Origin: an uncultured archaeon
GTDB taxonomy: Archaea; Aenigmatarchaeota; Aenigmatarchaeia; Aenigmatarchaeales; DAIDAN01
Assembly: GCA_964545795.1 (NCBI GenBank)
Contig: CAZJGC010000001.1
Coordinates: 72,585-135,733 of the forward strand
Reading direction: 5' to 3'
Length of the DNA stretch: 63,149 nt
Shown: one piece after another, positions 47,848 to 57,630 of the stretch
Layout: the number at the start of each line of letters is the position of its first letter
Position numbering within the stretch: the first letter of the stretch is position 1
Program-made: the position numbers and the translations under genes
The notes under the pieces: model-generated
Seen by the model: only the letters and a program-made list of their open reading frames with translations
Databases searched by the model: none
What the model was told of the DNA's origin: nothing

Positions 47848-48951
47848 ATGAACTTTATTGAAAAGTACAGGCCAAAAAAACTAGAAGATGTGCTTGGGCA
47901 GGAAACAGTAAAAAAACATATTCTTTCATGGCTGGATTCTCCAAAGAAAGCCCTGCTTCTGCATGGTCCGCCCGGAGTTGGGAAAACCTCAATGATAGAA
48001 GCAATAGCAAATGAAAAAAACCTTGACTTGATTGAACTAAATGCAAGCGACGAAAGAACAGCAGAAAAAATAGAGTCGGTGTTAGGCAACTCTATAAAAC
48101 AAAAATCCCTTTTTAAAAACGGAAAGGTAATACTGCTTGACGAAATAGACGGTCTCGCCTCATGCGATAAAGGCTCTTCGGCGGTAATAAAAATAATAAA
48201 GGAAAGCAGATTTCCCGTGATATTGACAGCCAATGACGCTTATTCAAAGAAATTGCAAACAATAAGAGGATACTGCACATTAGTGCAATTCAAGAAAATA
48301 AATTCATTAACTATTGAAAAGAAATTGAAAGAAATCAGGGAAAAAGAAGGCATAGAAATAAGCGATATACAAATTAAAATTATTGCAAAGACCGCAGACG
48401 GAGACTTTAGAGCTGCGCTAAACGACCTTGAAGCTTTCGCTCAGGGAGAAGGAGAAATTGGATTCAGAGAAAAGAAAAAGAATATTTTTGATGTAATGAA
48501 AATTGTTTTCAAGAGCCGTTCAATAGATAATGCAAGGCAGACAATAAGAGAAGCTGACAAAAACCTGGAAGAAGTAATGTGGTGGCTGGAGCAGAACATA
48601 CCCATAGAATATGAAAAGCCGGAAGAAGTGGCAAAAGCATTTGAATATCTTGCAAAGGCTGACTTATTCAGAGCAAGAATACAGAAGAACAGGAACTATA
48701 GGTTCATGGTTTATATTAACGATTTTCTGGCTGCAATATCCCTTGCCAAGGAAAGACCTTACCATAAGTTTTCTTCTTACAAACCTCCCCAAAGACTTGT
48801 TATGCTCGGCAGAAGCAAAGCAGAAAGAGCAAAAACAGATGCTTTATGCGAAGAGCTTGGAAAAAAACTGCACTGCTCAAAAAGAAGAGTCAGAAACGAA
48901 TATTTGCCTTTTCTGAAAATAATGGATAGCAAAGAAAATAAAATATTTTAA
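47848..48951 (+). CDS. rfcL: Replication factor C large subunit
   Basis: Contains FIEKYRPKKLEDVLGQ and LLHGPPGVGKTS (Walker A), LLDEIDG (Walker B), and an SRC-like region. Confidence 0.85.
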   Translation: MNFIEKYRPKKLEDVLGQETVKKHILSWLDSPKKALLLHGPPGVGKTSMIEAIANEKNLDLIELNASDERTAEKIESVLGNSIKQKSLFKNGKVILLDEIDGLASCDKGSSAVIKIIKESRFPVILTANDAYSKKLQTIRGYCTLVQFKKINSLTIEKKLKEIREKEGIEISDIQIKIIAKTADGDFRAALNDLEAFAQGEGEIGFREKKKNIFDVMKIVFKSRSIDNARQTIREADKNLEEVMWWLEQNIPIEYEKPEEVAKAFEYLAKADLFRARIQKNRNYRFMVYINDFLAAISLAKERPYHKFSSYKPPQRLVMLGRSKAERAKTDALCEELGKKLHCSKRRVRNEYLPFLKIMDSKENKIF

Positions 48952-48964
48952 ACCTGAAAAATTA

Positions 48965-49516
48965 ATGATTTATATGCCAATTGATGAAGCCGTGCATACC
49001 TTGACTCAGTGCAGAACATCATTCTACAAGGACTATTTGCTTGCATTCCTGATGCTGTACCTTATATTCATACTAAAACTATTCAACATTCCTGTAAGCA
49101 ACATAGGAATGTCTCTTGCACTGATTCTTGCAGCAATTTTTGTTATATCCCCTGAAATAGAAAGAATGCGGACAACATATACAATCACAAAAAGCCAGAT
49201 AATAGTTGAAGAAGGCATATTTTCCAGAAAAAGAAGAAGCATTTTCTTTGACAATGTATCAGATTTCTCAGTGCATCAAAGCATGTCAGAAAAAATGATG
49301 AAATATGGAACCGTTGTGATTGGCTCTATTTCAGGAAGGGACTATATGGAACTATCATTAAAGAACATTAAAAACCCAAAGGAAGTTGTGCATAAAATTG
49401 AGAGAATGATAAAGGAGTATATACAAGGCAAACAATCGGCTTCAGACCGCAAACATGGAGCAAGTTCTAATGAAACATCAACAGAAAAAGCTTTTAATGA
49501 TTTAAAAAACGAATAG
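48965..49516 (+). CDS. Membrane protein with bacterial PH (bPH_2/DUF304-like) domain
   Basis: Two TM helices, then YTITKSQIIVEEGIFSRKRRSIFFDNVSD... Confidence 0.55.
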   Translation: MIYMPIDEAVHTLTQCRTSFYKDYLLAFLMLYLIFILKLFNIPVSNIGMSLALILAAIFVISPEIERMRTTYTITKSQIIVEEGIFSRKRRSIFFDNVSDFSVHQSMSEKMMKYGTVVIGSISGRDYMELSLKNIKNPKEVVHKIERMIKEYIQGKQSASDRKHGASSNETSTEKAFNDLKNE

Positions 49517-49520
49517 ATTC

Positions 49521-50786
49521 ATGGTAAATGTATATATTGAAACATACGGTTGTTCGGCAAACCAATCAGCATCTGAGAAACTGGCAGGACTGCTTTCAAG
49601 GTCAGGATGCCTTTTAACAGATGTTGCAAATTCTGACATTATTATTATAAATACTTGCATAGTAAAAAAAGCAACAGAGCAGAAAATCCTGTACAGAATA
49701 AATTCTCTAAAAAAAGACTACCCCGATAAAAAAATTATTGTCGCTGGATGCATGCCAGAAGTGCCTGAGATTATAAAAAATTGCAAATATGACGCACTTG
49801 TAGGAACTCACAACATAAACAAGATAGCAACCGCAGTGAAGAATGTTATGGAAAACAAAAGAATTGAACTAACTGGAGCAGGCAAGCAGCGCTTTATTTC
49901 TCCAAAAATAAGGGCAAATCCCGCAAGAGATATTATTGAAATTGGAAAAGGCTGCCTTGGCTCCTGCTCATACTGCATTGTCAAAAAAGCGAAAGGCGAT
50001 CTTTTCTCATATTCTCCAGAAGAAATAATAAAAGAAGTGGAAAATGCTGTGAAATCAGGATGCAGGGAAATATGGCTGACTTCTCAGGACTGCGGCTGCT
50101 ATGGCTTTGACAGAAAAACAAACATAGCCGAACTAATCAATAGAATATCAGAAATAAAGGGAAGGTTCTTTGTAAGAGTAGGCATGATGAACCCAAACAA
50201 CATAAAGAAAATACTTCCAGAACTATTAGAAGCATACAAGTCTGAAAAGGTCTATAAGTTTTTGCATATGCCTGTGCAGTCGGGCTCTGATGCTGTTCTG
50301 GAAAAAATGAACAGGTTTTACACAGTTTCCGAGTTTGAAGAAATTATCCGTGCTTTTAGAAGCGAATTTCCGAAAATGCAGATATGGACTGATGTTATAG
50401 CAGGGTTTCCCGGAGAGACAGAAAATGATTTTGCCCTAACTTTGAAATTGCTGGAAAAGGTAAAACCTGACTTCGCTAATATTTCACAATTTGGCATAAG
50501 ACCTGGAACGCCTGCCGAAAAAATGAAGCAGGTTGACAATGAAATCAAAAAGAACAGAACAAGAGAACTTACAGAACTCGTAAATAAACTTTCTTTAGAA
50601 GCAAACAAAAAATGGGTTGGCTGGAAAGGGGATGTTCTGATTTCAGAAAGAAGCAAAACATGGATTGGAAGAAATTTTGCATACAAACCTGTCGCCATTT
50701 ACAGCAAAGAGAAAATGCTTGGAAAAGTTGTAAAAGTTAAAATCACAAACTATTCGCACTCGGCTCTGATAGGCGAAGTTCTATGA
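49521..50786 (+). CDS. MiaB-like radical SAM methylthiotransferase (archaeal MtaB/CDKAL1 type)
   Basis: UPF0004 N-domain (ETYGCSANQ, NTC, GC), radical SAM CLGSCSYC, and a TRAM-like C-terminus. Confidence 0.9.
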   Translation: MVNVYIETYGCSANQSASEKLAGLLSRSGCLLTDVANSDIIIINTCIVKKATEQKILYRINSLKKDYPDKKIIVAGCMPEVPEIIKNCKYDALVGTHNINKIATAVKNVMENKRIELTGAGKQRFISPKIRANPARDIIEIGKGCLGSCSYCIVKKAKGDLFSYSPEEIIKEVENAVKSGCREIWLTSQDCGCYGFDRKTNIAELINRISEIKGRFFVRVGMMNPNNIKKILPELLEAYKSEKVYKFLHMPVQSGSDAVLEKMNRFYTVSEFEEIIRAFRSEFPKMQIWTDVIAGFPGETENDFALTLKLLEKVKPDFANISQFGIRPGTPAEKMKQVDNEIKKNRTRELTELVNKLSLEANKKWVGWKGDVLISERSKTWIGRNFAYKPVAIYSKEKMLGKVVKVKITNYSHSALIGEVL

Positions 50787-51259
50787 AAAAACATTTTATT
50801 ATTGCGCTTACGGGAACTCCGGGAGTTGGAAAAACATCTGTTGCGCGCCTGCTTAAGAAAAAAGGATTCCTGGTAATTTCACTGAACAGGGAAATTATTA
50901 AAAACAAGCTCTATTCAGGATATGACAGAAAAAGAAAGTGTTATATATCAGATATGAAAAAAGTCAGGAGTTTTGTAAAAAAAACAATAACAGAAAACCC
51001 GGAAAAAAACATTGTAATAGATTCGCACTTGTCTCATTTTCTCCCTGTTGACACCTCCATAGTTTTAAGATGCAAAACAGACGAATTGGAAAAAAGAATG
51101 AAGAAAAAACGCTGGAACAGGAGAAAGATTGAAGAAAATCTTGAAGCAGAATTTCTTGACTTAATTAGCCAGGAAGCAAAAAACAAAATAGAAATTGACA
51201 CAACAAACCTGACTCCTGAAGAAGTGGCTGAAAAAATTATTCAGAAATTAGACCTCTAA
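50783..51259 (+). CDS. Adenylate kinase-like NTPase (Fap7/AK6 family)
   Basis: P-loop LTGTPGVGKTS. About 158 aa. Confidence 0.7.
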   Translation: MKKHFIIALTGTPGVGKTSVARLLKKKGFLVISLNREIIKNKLYSGYDRKRKCYISDMKKVRSFVKKTITENPEKNIVIDSHLSHFLPVDTSIVLRCKTDELEKRMKKKRWNRRKIEENLEAEFLDLISQEAKNKIEIDTTNLTPEEVAEKIIQKLDL

Positions 51260-51901
51260 ATTGTCATGGCTTTTTCTCATGCTTTCTTCATCTATGCCCT
51301 TTATTTCAGCTATCTTATTAACCAAAAGCTCCGCAAGTCCAAGAGCTTTGTATTCAAACTCAGAACCAAGATAAGATATTGGATGAAACGCTTCAATCTC
51401 ATATGCAGCAGCATTTTCCCTGTTTTTTGTCCTTCCTTTTATCTCAATAACAACTGTGCTTAATTTTCCCAGAGAAGAATCTTTGTCTGATGTTATTGAC
51501 AAAATCGGTATTTTAAAATCTGTCAGATTTTTGTTAATCTCATCAACCCTTCTCGCTTTATTGACAACTGTTTTTGTTTCGCCGCTGCCTGAAATGCAGA
51601 ATAAAGCATCTTTTCTGTTTTCAACACACTCTCCTATTGGTCTTGTATATGGGTGTCCTATCTCATATAAAGTATAGCCTGCATGCATAAGCCTTATTCC
51701 GCTGTATTTTGCTATAAGCCCTGACCTCCCTGAACCGCATGGATAAATTGCGTCAACAGAAAGCAAGTGGTTTACAAAAGCGTTCACAGACTCCTTCTGT
51801 TCAGACAGTTCGTTTTTCAAATCATCAAGCCAATTCTTAAAGTAAATGTCAATAGGTTTTATAAATTTTTCTATTGCAGAATTAGAAGCATCATACTTCA
51901 T
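51248..51901 (-). CDS. SIS-domain sugar phosphate isomerase (possibly 6-phospho-3-hexuloisomerase-like)
   Basis: Contains CGSGRSGLIAK...FCISGSGETK. Confidence 0.65.
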   Translation of the reverse strand: MKYDASNSAIEKFIKPIDIYFKNWLDDLKNELSEQKESVNAFVNHLLSVDAIYPCGSGRSGLIAKYSGIRLMHAGYTLYEIGHPYTRPIGECVENRKDALFCISGSGETKTVVNKARRVDEINKNLTDFKIPILSITSDKDSSLGKLSTVVIEIKGRTKNRENAAAYEIEAFHPISYLGSEFEYKALGLAELLVNKIAEIKGIDEESMRKSHDNLEV

Positions 51902-52000
51902 ATTAATGCTCTTAAATATTAAAGTTTAAATAGTTTCAATAATTTATTTAAGTATTAAATCATAAACCTCTAAAAGGTGATAGTTATCCCAAAACAAAGA

Positions 52001-52162
52001 ATGGAAGCAACCGCAAAAAGGCTTTATGACAGGGTTTTTGTCTGCATGAAATGCAATGCAAAAATGCGCACTGACGCTTCAAGAGTTAAGGCAAAAACAG
52101 TAAAATGCAGAAAATGCGGCTATTATGGACTAAGGCAGAAATCAAAAGAAGCAAAGAAATAA
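52001..52162 (+). CDS. rpl40e: 50S ribosomal protein L40e
   Basis: The pattern RLYDRVFVCMKCNAKM...KCRKCGYYGLRQKSKE matches L40e. The ATG at 52001 is preferred over the GTG at 51977. Confidence 0.75.
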   Translation: MEATAKRLYDRVFVCMKCNAKMRTDASRVKAKTVKCRKCGYYGLRQKSKEAKK

Positions 52163-52202
52163 TTGAGATAATCTTTTTATTTTATAAAATTTATTTTAAG
52201 TT

Positions 52203-53021
52203 ATGCTAATACTGCTAAAGGCGCTGCGGCCGCTAAACGGATTAATGGCTGCAATTGCTGTTCTTATCGGAATCATGCTGGCAGGATCCCTAAATCTTGC
52301 AGAGTTCATTCCTGAAATTGCTCTGGCAATGCTTTCAGTTTTCATAATTACAGGGGCAGGAATGATTGTAAACGACTATTTTGACTTTGAGATTGACAAA
52401 ATCAACAAACCAAAAAAACACAGGAAAATGATGAAATTCTCAAAAAGTTCATGGGTTTCTTATGCCATAATACTTTTTTCTATAGGAATATCATTGACAT
52501 TTTTTATAAATGCATTGACATCTGCAATAGCAATTGTTAACTCATTCCTTCTTATTGTTTATTCATGGAAACTAAAGAAAACTCCGCTAATAGGCAGTTT
52601 CGCTGTGAGTTTTCTTGTTGCATCAACATTTCTTTTTGGAGGGGCTGTAATGAACAATCTTTCTGTCACAATGTTTCTGGCTCTGCTTGCCTTCCTTTCA
52701 AACACAGGAAGAGAAATAACAAAAGACATTGAAGACATAAAAGGAGATTCTTCAGCCAATGCAAAAACACTGCCTCTTTTCATGGGAAAGGAGGTTTCAT
52801 CATGGATTTCAGCAGCATTTATAGTTTCTGCAATCCTTCTGAGCCCGTTTCCGTTTTTCCTAAACCTGCTTAACATTAATTATCTTTACATTGTAATTGC
52901 AGCAGACATTATATTCAGCTTCTCATGCTTTATGATATTTATTTCACCGGAAAAAGCGCAAAAACTAATGAAAATTGCAATGATTGTTTCGCTTGCAGCA
53001 TTTATTGCTGGCGCTATATAA
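52203..53021 (+). CDS. UbiA-family prenyltransferase, likely digeranylgeranylglyceryl phosphate synthase
   Basis: Contains NDYFDFEIDKINKP and a second Asp-rich KDIEDIKGD motif. Eight or so TM helices. Confidence 0.8.
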   Translation: MLILLKALRPLNGLMAAIAVLIGIMLAGSLNLAEFIPEIALAMLSVFIITGAGMIVNDYFDFEIDKINKPKKHRKMMKFSKSSWVSYAIILFSIGISLTFFINALTSAIAIVNSFLLIVYSWKLKKTPLIGSFAVSFLVASTFLFGGAVMNNLSVTMFLALLAFLSNTGREITKDIEDIKGDSSANAKTLPLFMGKEVSSWISAAFIVSAILLSPFPFFLNLLNINYLYIVIAADIIFSFSCFMIFISPEKAQKLMKIAMIVSLAAFIAGAI

Positions 53022-53054
53022 ATTTTTAAATATAAGCTCTCTGATAGCATTAAT

Positions 53055-53318
53055 ATGTTCAAAAAAATTGACGCAATAATAAAAGAAAGGAAATTAAAAC
53101 CAAGCCAATGCGTGTATCATACAATAAGGATAATGGAAAATAATGGAAAAGTGCGGGTCCTTGTATTGCAAGACAAAATTGCAAGGACAGAATATGTATG
53201 CCCTAAATGCGGAAATTACGGCTATCAGGAAGTTCCATGGAAAAGACCTTTTTCTATAAAATGCGAGAAATGCAAAGCAACAATAAAAGTGCCTAAACTA
53301 AGAGGCAAAAAGCCATGA
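53055..53318 (+). CDS. Small Zn-ribbon protein
   Basis: Contains CPKCGNYG...CEKCKATI. Confidence 0.45.
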   Translation: MFKKIDAIIKERKLKPSQCVYHTIRIMENNGKVRVLVLQDKIARTEYVCPKCGNYGYQEVPWKRPFSIKCEKCKATIKVPKLRGKKP

Positions 53319-54082
53319 TGTTTATGGATAAAGAAAAGTTTGAATACTACAAAAACAACACGCAAATAATAATAATTTCAGGCGGTCTTGGAACAAGACT
53401 TAAGCACAGGACAGGAGAATCGCTGCCGAAACCTCTTCTGAAAATTAATGAAAAAACGCTTCTGGACTACTGCATTGAGAAATTCTCAAACAAAGGTTTC
53501 TCAGAGTTTGTTTTTTTGCTGGGCTTTGGCAGCGATAAAATACTGGAACATTTAAAAAAATATTCAAACCTGAAAATAAGATATTCTATAGAAGAGAAAC
53601 AACTTGGAAAAGGGGGAGCGCTGAGACTTGCATTGGAGAATAATGCCATTGACACAACAAAACCAGCAATAATAACATACCCTGATGACCTGATATTTGA
53701 CGCAGAATTTCCAGAAAATTTAATTAAATCCCATATAGAAGGGGTTTCAAAAGGCGGAAAATTCACATTAGCCTATGTTGATAAAACAAGATATAAATAT
53801 GGCGCCTGCCACTTGGATAACGGCTTTGTTAAAAAGTTTGAAGAAAAACCATTTGTTTTCATTAACACTACTATCGGAGTTTATATGACTGAACCTGAAG
53901 TCTTTGAAATCATAAAGGAAAACACAAACCTTGACAGAAAAACAGATTTTGAAACCAATATTATACCTGTTTTAGTTGAGAACAACCTTGTTTACACTTC
54001 TCGCATACCATTTGATGCATGGGTTCCTGTAAATGATGAAAAGGATTACAGAAAAGCTGAAAAAATGTTAAACAGGTGTTGA
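53315..54082 (+). CDS. Sugar-phosphate nucleotidyltransferase
   Basis: Contains the ISGGLGTRLK...PKPLL N-terminal signature. Confidence 0.8.
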   Translation: MMFMDKEKFEYYKNNTQIIIISGGLGTRLKHRTGESLPKPLLKINEKTLLDYCIEKFSNKGFSEFVFLLGFGSDKILEHLKKYSNLKIRYSIEEKQLGKGGALRLALENNAIDTTKPAIITYPDDLIFDAEFPENLIKSHIEGVSKGGKFTLAYVDKTRYKYGACHLDNGFVKKFEEKPFVFINTTIGVYMTEPEVFEIIKENTNLDRKTDFETNIIPVLVENNLVYTSRIPFDAWVPVNDEKDYRKAEKMLNRC

Positions 54083-54339
54083 AAATCGCAATTGAATTTT
54101 CTTTAGTCATTGGAACAATTGGCATGATTTTAATTTTAATTGCCTTTGTACTGGATGAATTAAACAAAATAATGCAGAATACTGTGACATACAATGTTCT
54201 CAATATTGCCGGCGCTTCTTTGCTTTTCTATTATGCATTCTCTTTAAAAAGCATTCCATTCCAGATATTAAATATTTTCTGGGCTGCTGTTGCATTATAC
54301 AAGTTAATAACAATATTGAAAACTATGGAGAAGCAATAA
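54076..54339 (+). CDS. Small membrane protein
   Basis: Three hydrophobic helices. Non-ATG start. Confidence 0.35.
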   Translation: MLKIAIEFSLVIGTIGMILILIAFVLDELNKIMQNTVTYNVLNIAGASLLFYYAFSLKSIPFQILNIFWAAVALYKLITILKTMEKQ

Positions 54340-54541
54340 AAATATTTTTAGAATACTCCCGCCTTATAAGCTCTTTTGCCGGAATCTCATAATTTGCTCC
54401 ATTGCTTTCTTTGTTCCATGCCTCAATTGAATCAAAAAGATAGAAATTGCCCTTATTCTTTCTGCATGCTTCTAAGTTAGGGTCGCACGCTTTATCAAGA
54501 TAACTTTGATATCCTTCAATAAGTTTGCTCATCCTCATCAT
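54323..54541 (-). CDS. Hypothetical small protein
   Basis: The start is trimmed to an internal Met, because the long form abuts the tRNA-Thr gene. Confidence 0.3.
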   Translation of the reverse strand: MMRMSKLIEGYQSYLDKACDPNLEACRKNKGNFYLFDSIEAWNKESNGANYEIPAKELIRREYSKNIFIASP

Positions 54542-54616
54542 CTTCTGCAACTGTTTCAGCCATAAATAGAATACAACAGAAAAAATATTTAAAAAATACC
54601 GCCTATTTATTTGCAT

Positions 54617-54855
54617 GCCTCAGTAGCTCAGCTGGTGGAGCGTTAAACCAATGTTCGCTAAACCTTGGTAAGGTAAAGGCCGAGGGTTCAAAATAAGGGG
54701 CTGTCCAAAACATGCAACCCCTTATCAACCCTTTTGAAGAGCATGAAAAATAAGGGAAGGTGCAGAACTTGAAATCCCTTATCAACCCTTAAAAAAGCGG
54801 GGCTGTCCAGAACATGCAACCCCTTATTTTGTTGAGAATCCCTCCTGAGGCTCCA
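54617..54855 (+). tRNA. tRNA-Thr (anticodon GGU), encoded CCA, two non-canonical introns (17 nt inside the anticodon-stem 5' strand, about 54645-54661; about 146 nt inside the T-loop, about 54691-54836)
   Basis: Acceptor GCCUCAG/CUGAGGC, discriminator U. D arm GCUC-AGCUGGUG-GAGC. After removing AAACCAAUGUUCGCUAA the anticodon arm is UUACC-UUGGUAA-GGUAA. T arm GAGGG-UUCA|AAU-CCCUC. The mature length is exactly 76. Confidence 0.75.
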
Positions 54856-54907
54856 ATAACTCAATTCATATTCTTGACACTTCCTTATAAAGAGGTTGTA
54901 GCATATT

Positions 54908-56290
54908 TTAATGTTTTGGATATTCAATCTTGCCTCTCAATTTCTCATATTGCGAGCCAACTGAAATAATTTTTTCTTCCTGCAGATGGTCTGACATAAA
55001 ATGCAATCCCAATGGCAGTTTGCCCGGAACAGGAACCGACAAATGCGGGATTCCTGCAAGATTGGCAGGAACTGTCAGAATATCAGATTGATAATGCTCC
55101 ATAGGAGTAAGTTTTTCTATTTCAGAAAATTTAGGCGGATAAAAAGGCATTGTCGGAGCAGCAAGAACATCGCATTCCCTGAACGCCTTTTTGAAATCCT
55201 CAATTATCAAAGTCCGGACTTTCATGGCTTTCAGGTAAAACGCATCTCTGTACCCTGCCATCCTTGCATAAGTTCCAAGAATTATTCTGCGTTTTGTTTC
55301 GCTGCCAAAACCATCAGAACGCACATCAGAAAAATATTCATTGAAATTGCCTTTCATTTCCTTCTCAAGACCATAACGCATGCCGCAATACTTTGCAAGG
55401 TTTGTAGATGCTTCTGACATGGCTATAATATAATACGAAGAAATAGCATACTTTGTATGGGGAAGCGAAACATCTACAATTTCATATCCATTGTCTTCCA
55501 ATAACTTTACAGCTCCAATTATTTTCTCTTTAATATCTTCGTTAATATTTTCAAAATATTCCTTTGACATCCCAATTTTCATTTTTTTATCATTATCGCA
55601 ATATTTTGTATAATCCTTCTGTTTTTCATTCAAACTCGTTGAATCCATTTTGTCATGCCCTGCTATTATTGACAGCAACAAAGCAGCATCGTATACAGTT
55701 TTTCCCATGCAACCGATTTTATCAAGAGAATTTGCATAATCTATAAGACCATATCTGCTCACAAGACCATATGTAGGAGTAATGCCAACAACTCCGCAGA
55801 ATGATGCGGGGCATGATATGCTTCCTCCAGTGCTTTCTGCAATTGAAACATGCGGCATTTTCATTGCCGCTGTTATGCAGCCACTGCCGCCTGAAGAACC
55901 TCCGCAACTTCTCTCGCTATCATATGGGTTTTTTGGCGCTCCAAAAGCGGAATTCACTGAGAATGAACCAAATCCGAATTCATCCATATTTGTTTTTCCA
56001 ATAATCTGACATCCGTGGCTTTTTGCGTTAGAAACAACAGAAGCATCAAAAACAGGCACATAATTTGAAAGAATTTTAGAGCCTGCTGTCGTCAGCAAAC
56101 CTTTTGTGCATATGCAGTCTTTTACTGAAACAGGCAGACCTGTCCCTGACATGTCAGAATTTATTGTTATCATGCAGTTTGTCTTCTCATTTATCTTTTT
56201 GACCTCTTCAAAAAATTTTGCATTAAAGTCTGAAAAATCTATGCTATCTTTCTGATGCATAAATTCCCGAACAGAAATGTTATAATTCAT
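54908..56290 (-). CDS. gatA: Glutamyl/aspartyl-tRNA amidotransferase subunit A
   Basis: Amidase signature GGSSGGSG and the Ser-cisSer-Lys context. Start placed at MNYNISV, 1 nt after the gatC stop. Confidence 0.9.
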   Translation of the reverse strand: MNYNISVREFMHQKDSIDFSDFNAKFFEEVKKINEKTNCMITINSDMSGTGLPVSVKDCICTKGLLTTAGSKILSNYVPVFDASVVSNAKSHGCQIIGKTNMDEFGFGSFSVNSAFGAPKNPYDSERSCGGSSGGSGCITAAMKMPHVSIAESTGGSISCPASFCGVVGITPTYGLVSRYGLIDYANSLDKIGCMGKTVYDAALLLSIIAGHDKMDSTSLNEKQKDYTKYCDNDKKMKIGMSKEYFENINEDIKEKIIGAVKLLEDNGYEIVDVSLPHTKYAISSYYIIAMSEASTNLAKYCGMRYGLEKEMKGNFNEYFSDVRSDGFGSETKRRIILGTYARMAGYRDAFYLKAMKVRTLIIEDFKKAFRECDVLAAPTMPFYPPKFSEIEKLTPMEHYQSDILTVPANLAGIPHLSVPVPGKLPLGLHFMSDHLQEEKIISVGSQYEKLRGKIEYPKH

Positions 56291-56291
56291 T

Positions 56292-56570
56292 TCAAACAAT
56301 CCTCGGCCCTTTAAAGTATCCATTTTCTTTATGCTCAGTATTGGCAAAAACATCCTTTTCTGAAAGCGATTCCTCTTCCATATCATCGCGAAGAACATTT
56401 TTTATTTCAACAGGCTGAAAAGTTGGTTTTATGTTTTCTGTATCAACGCTTTTCAGTTCCGAAAAAGTATTTTCAATCACAGACAGTTCCTCTGCAAATT
56501 TTTCAATCTCTTCGCTTGTCAAATTCAACCTGGCAATGTTTGCTACATGAACCACAGTTTCTTTATCCAT
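56292..56570 (-). CDS. gatC: Glutamyl/aspartyl-tRNA amidotransferase subunit C
   Basis: Contains VVHVANIARLNLTSEEIEKF... Confidence 0.85.
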   Translation of the reverse strand: MDKETVVHVANIARLNLTSEEIEKFAEELSVIENTFSELKSVDTENIKPTFQPVEIKNVLRDDMEEESLSEKDVFANTEHKENGYFKGPRIV

Positions 56571-56682
56571 GATACTTAGATAGTATGCAAGATTTTAATA
56601 GTTTTCCACTTTGCGAAAAACGGCTCTATTGAGAAATATGCGAATAAATTTTGCGTGAGTTTTGTCTAATTGCTCGGAAGAG

Positions 56683-57174
56683 CTAATCAGAATCCTTTAA
56701 AACATAATTATTACCAGAAGTTTTGAAATAAAATTTATCAACCTCAAAGTAATTTGCCAAATCCTTTGGAAGATGCCAAGTAGAGTATATTGCAACTTTA
56801 TTTTGAGCATCATATCTATCCCTAATTGGATTTTGATTATATTGGGAGTCTGTATGGGTATTCTCAAAACATTTCCAAAACCCAAACTTATCTTTCCAAT
56901 ACCCATAGAAATCTAAGTAAATCACGCAATCTTTGATTTCTCCTTTAACATGCCTTGCTTGAGTTAGGTCGCCGCTTCTAAAATATCTAAGAACCGCTTT
57001 TCTTCCTGTTGGTTCTGCAATAGCTTCCAAAATTACAGGTTTTTTAAAAATTTCATCATATGCAAATTGTAAAGAAGGATATTTCTCCCGAAGTGCTTTT
57101 CTTCTTGCAGCAGGAATTTCAATCATCGGATCAATAAGAATATCAAAGTCTAAATCCCTCTCTACTACTATCAT
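56683..57174 (-). CDS. Hypothetical protein
   Basis: ORF only. Start trimmed to MIVVERD. Confidence 0.35.
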   Translation of the reverse strand: MIVVERDLDFDILIDPMIEIPAARRKALREKYPSLQFAYDEIFKKPVILEAIAEPTGRKAVLRYFRSGDLTQARHVKGEIKDCVIYLDFYGYWKDKFGFWKCFENTHTDSQYNQNPIRDRYDAQNKVAIYSTWHLPKDLANYFEVDKFYFKTSGNNYVLKDSD

Positions 57175-57328
57175 AAAAATAAAAAAGCAATAAATATACT
57201 TATAAAAGTTAATTTTCACCCATAATTTGCGCATTTAAATACTTTAAATTCCAACTTAGTTTGGTATACAAGTGATCTATTTCTCAATAGCATCAATTGT
57301 ATAACTAAGTAATAAGGTGAAATAAAAA

Positions 57329-57508
57329 ATGGGTTTCAACAACCAGAACAGATTTAAAAGAGACTTTGGACCTAGGGAAATGCACAAAGCAACGTGTTCT
57401 GAATGCGGAAAAGATTGTGAAGTTCCATTCAAACCCAGCAATGATGCGCAAGGCAATCCAAGACCAGTCTATTGCAGAGAGTGTTATCAGAAACATAAGA
57501 AATTCTGA
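57329..57508 (+). CDS. CxxC-x17-CxxC zinc-ribbon small protein (not in ORF track, 59 aa)
   Basis: Own translation: MGFNNQNRFKRDFGPREMHKATCSECGKDCEVPFKPSNDAQGNPRPVYCRECYQKHKKF*. The track ORF 57305-57496 on the minus strand is its shadow. Confidence 0.7.
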   Translation: MGFNNQNRFKRDFGPREMHKATCSECGKDCEVPFKPSNDAQGNPRPVYCRECYQKHKKF

Positions 57509-57630
57509 TTAAAATCAAAAAAGCAATAAAAAACGAATTTTTCTTTTTTAACTTTTAATTATTTGATGCAATATAACTTTTGCAGCAAATAAAACTTTAT
57601 ATATAACCTTCTTTAATTTTTATAATTAAT

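Noticed and set aside
47820-48233. Antisense ORFs inside long conserved genes (for example 47820-48233, 58182-58808, 14741-15253, 18430-19133, 55001-55417)
   Set aside because: Each lies opposite a gene with unambiguous catalytic motifs (RFC, FtsZ, MCM, RtcB, GatA) and has biased, repetitive composition.
54603-54927. Track ORFs 54603-54785 and 54688-54927 (minus strand)
   Set aside because: They run through the tRNA-Thr gene and its repeat-containing intron. Their internal peptide repeats simply mirror the DNA repeats.
57305-57496. Track ORF on the minus strand
   Set aside because: The plus strand encodes a well-formed 59-aa CxxC-x17-CxxC zinc-ribbon protein (57329-57508). The minus-strand ORF is its shadow.
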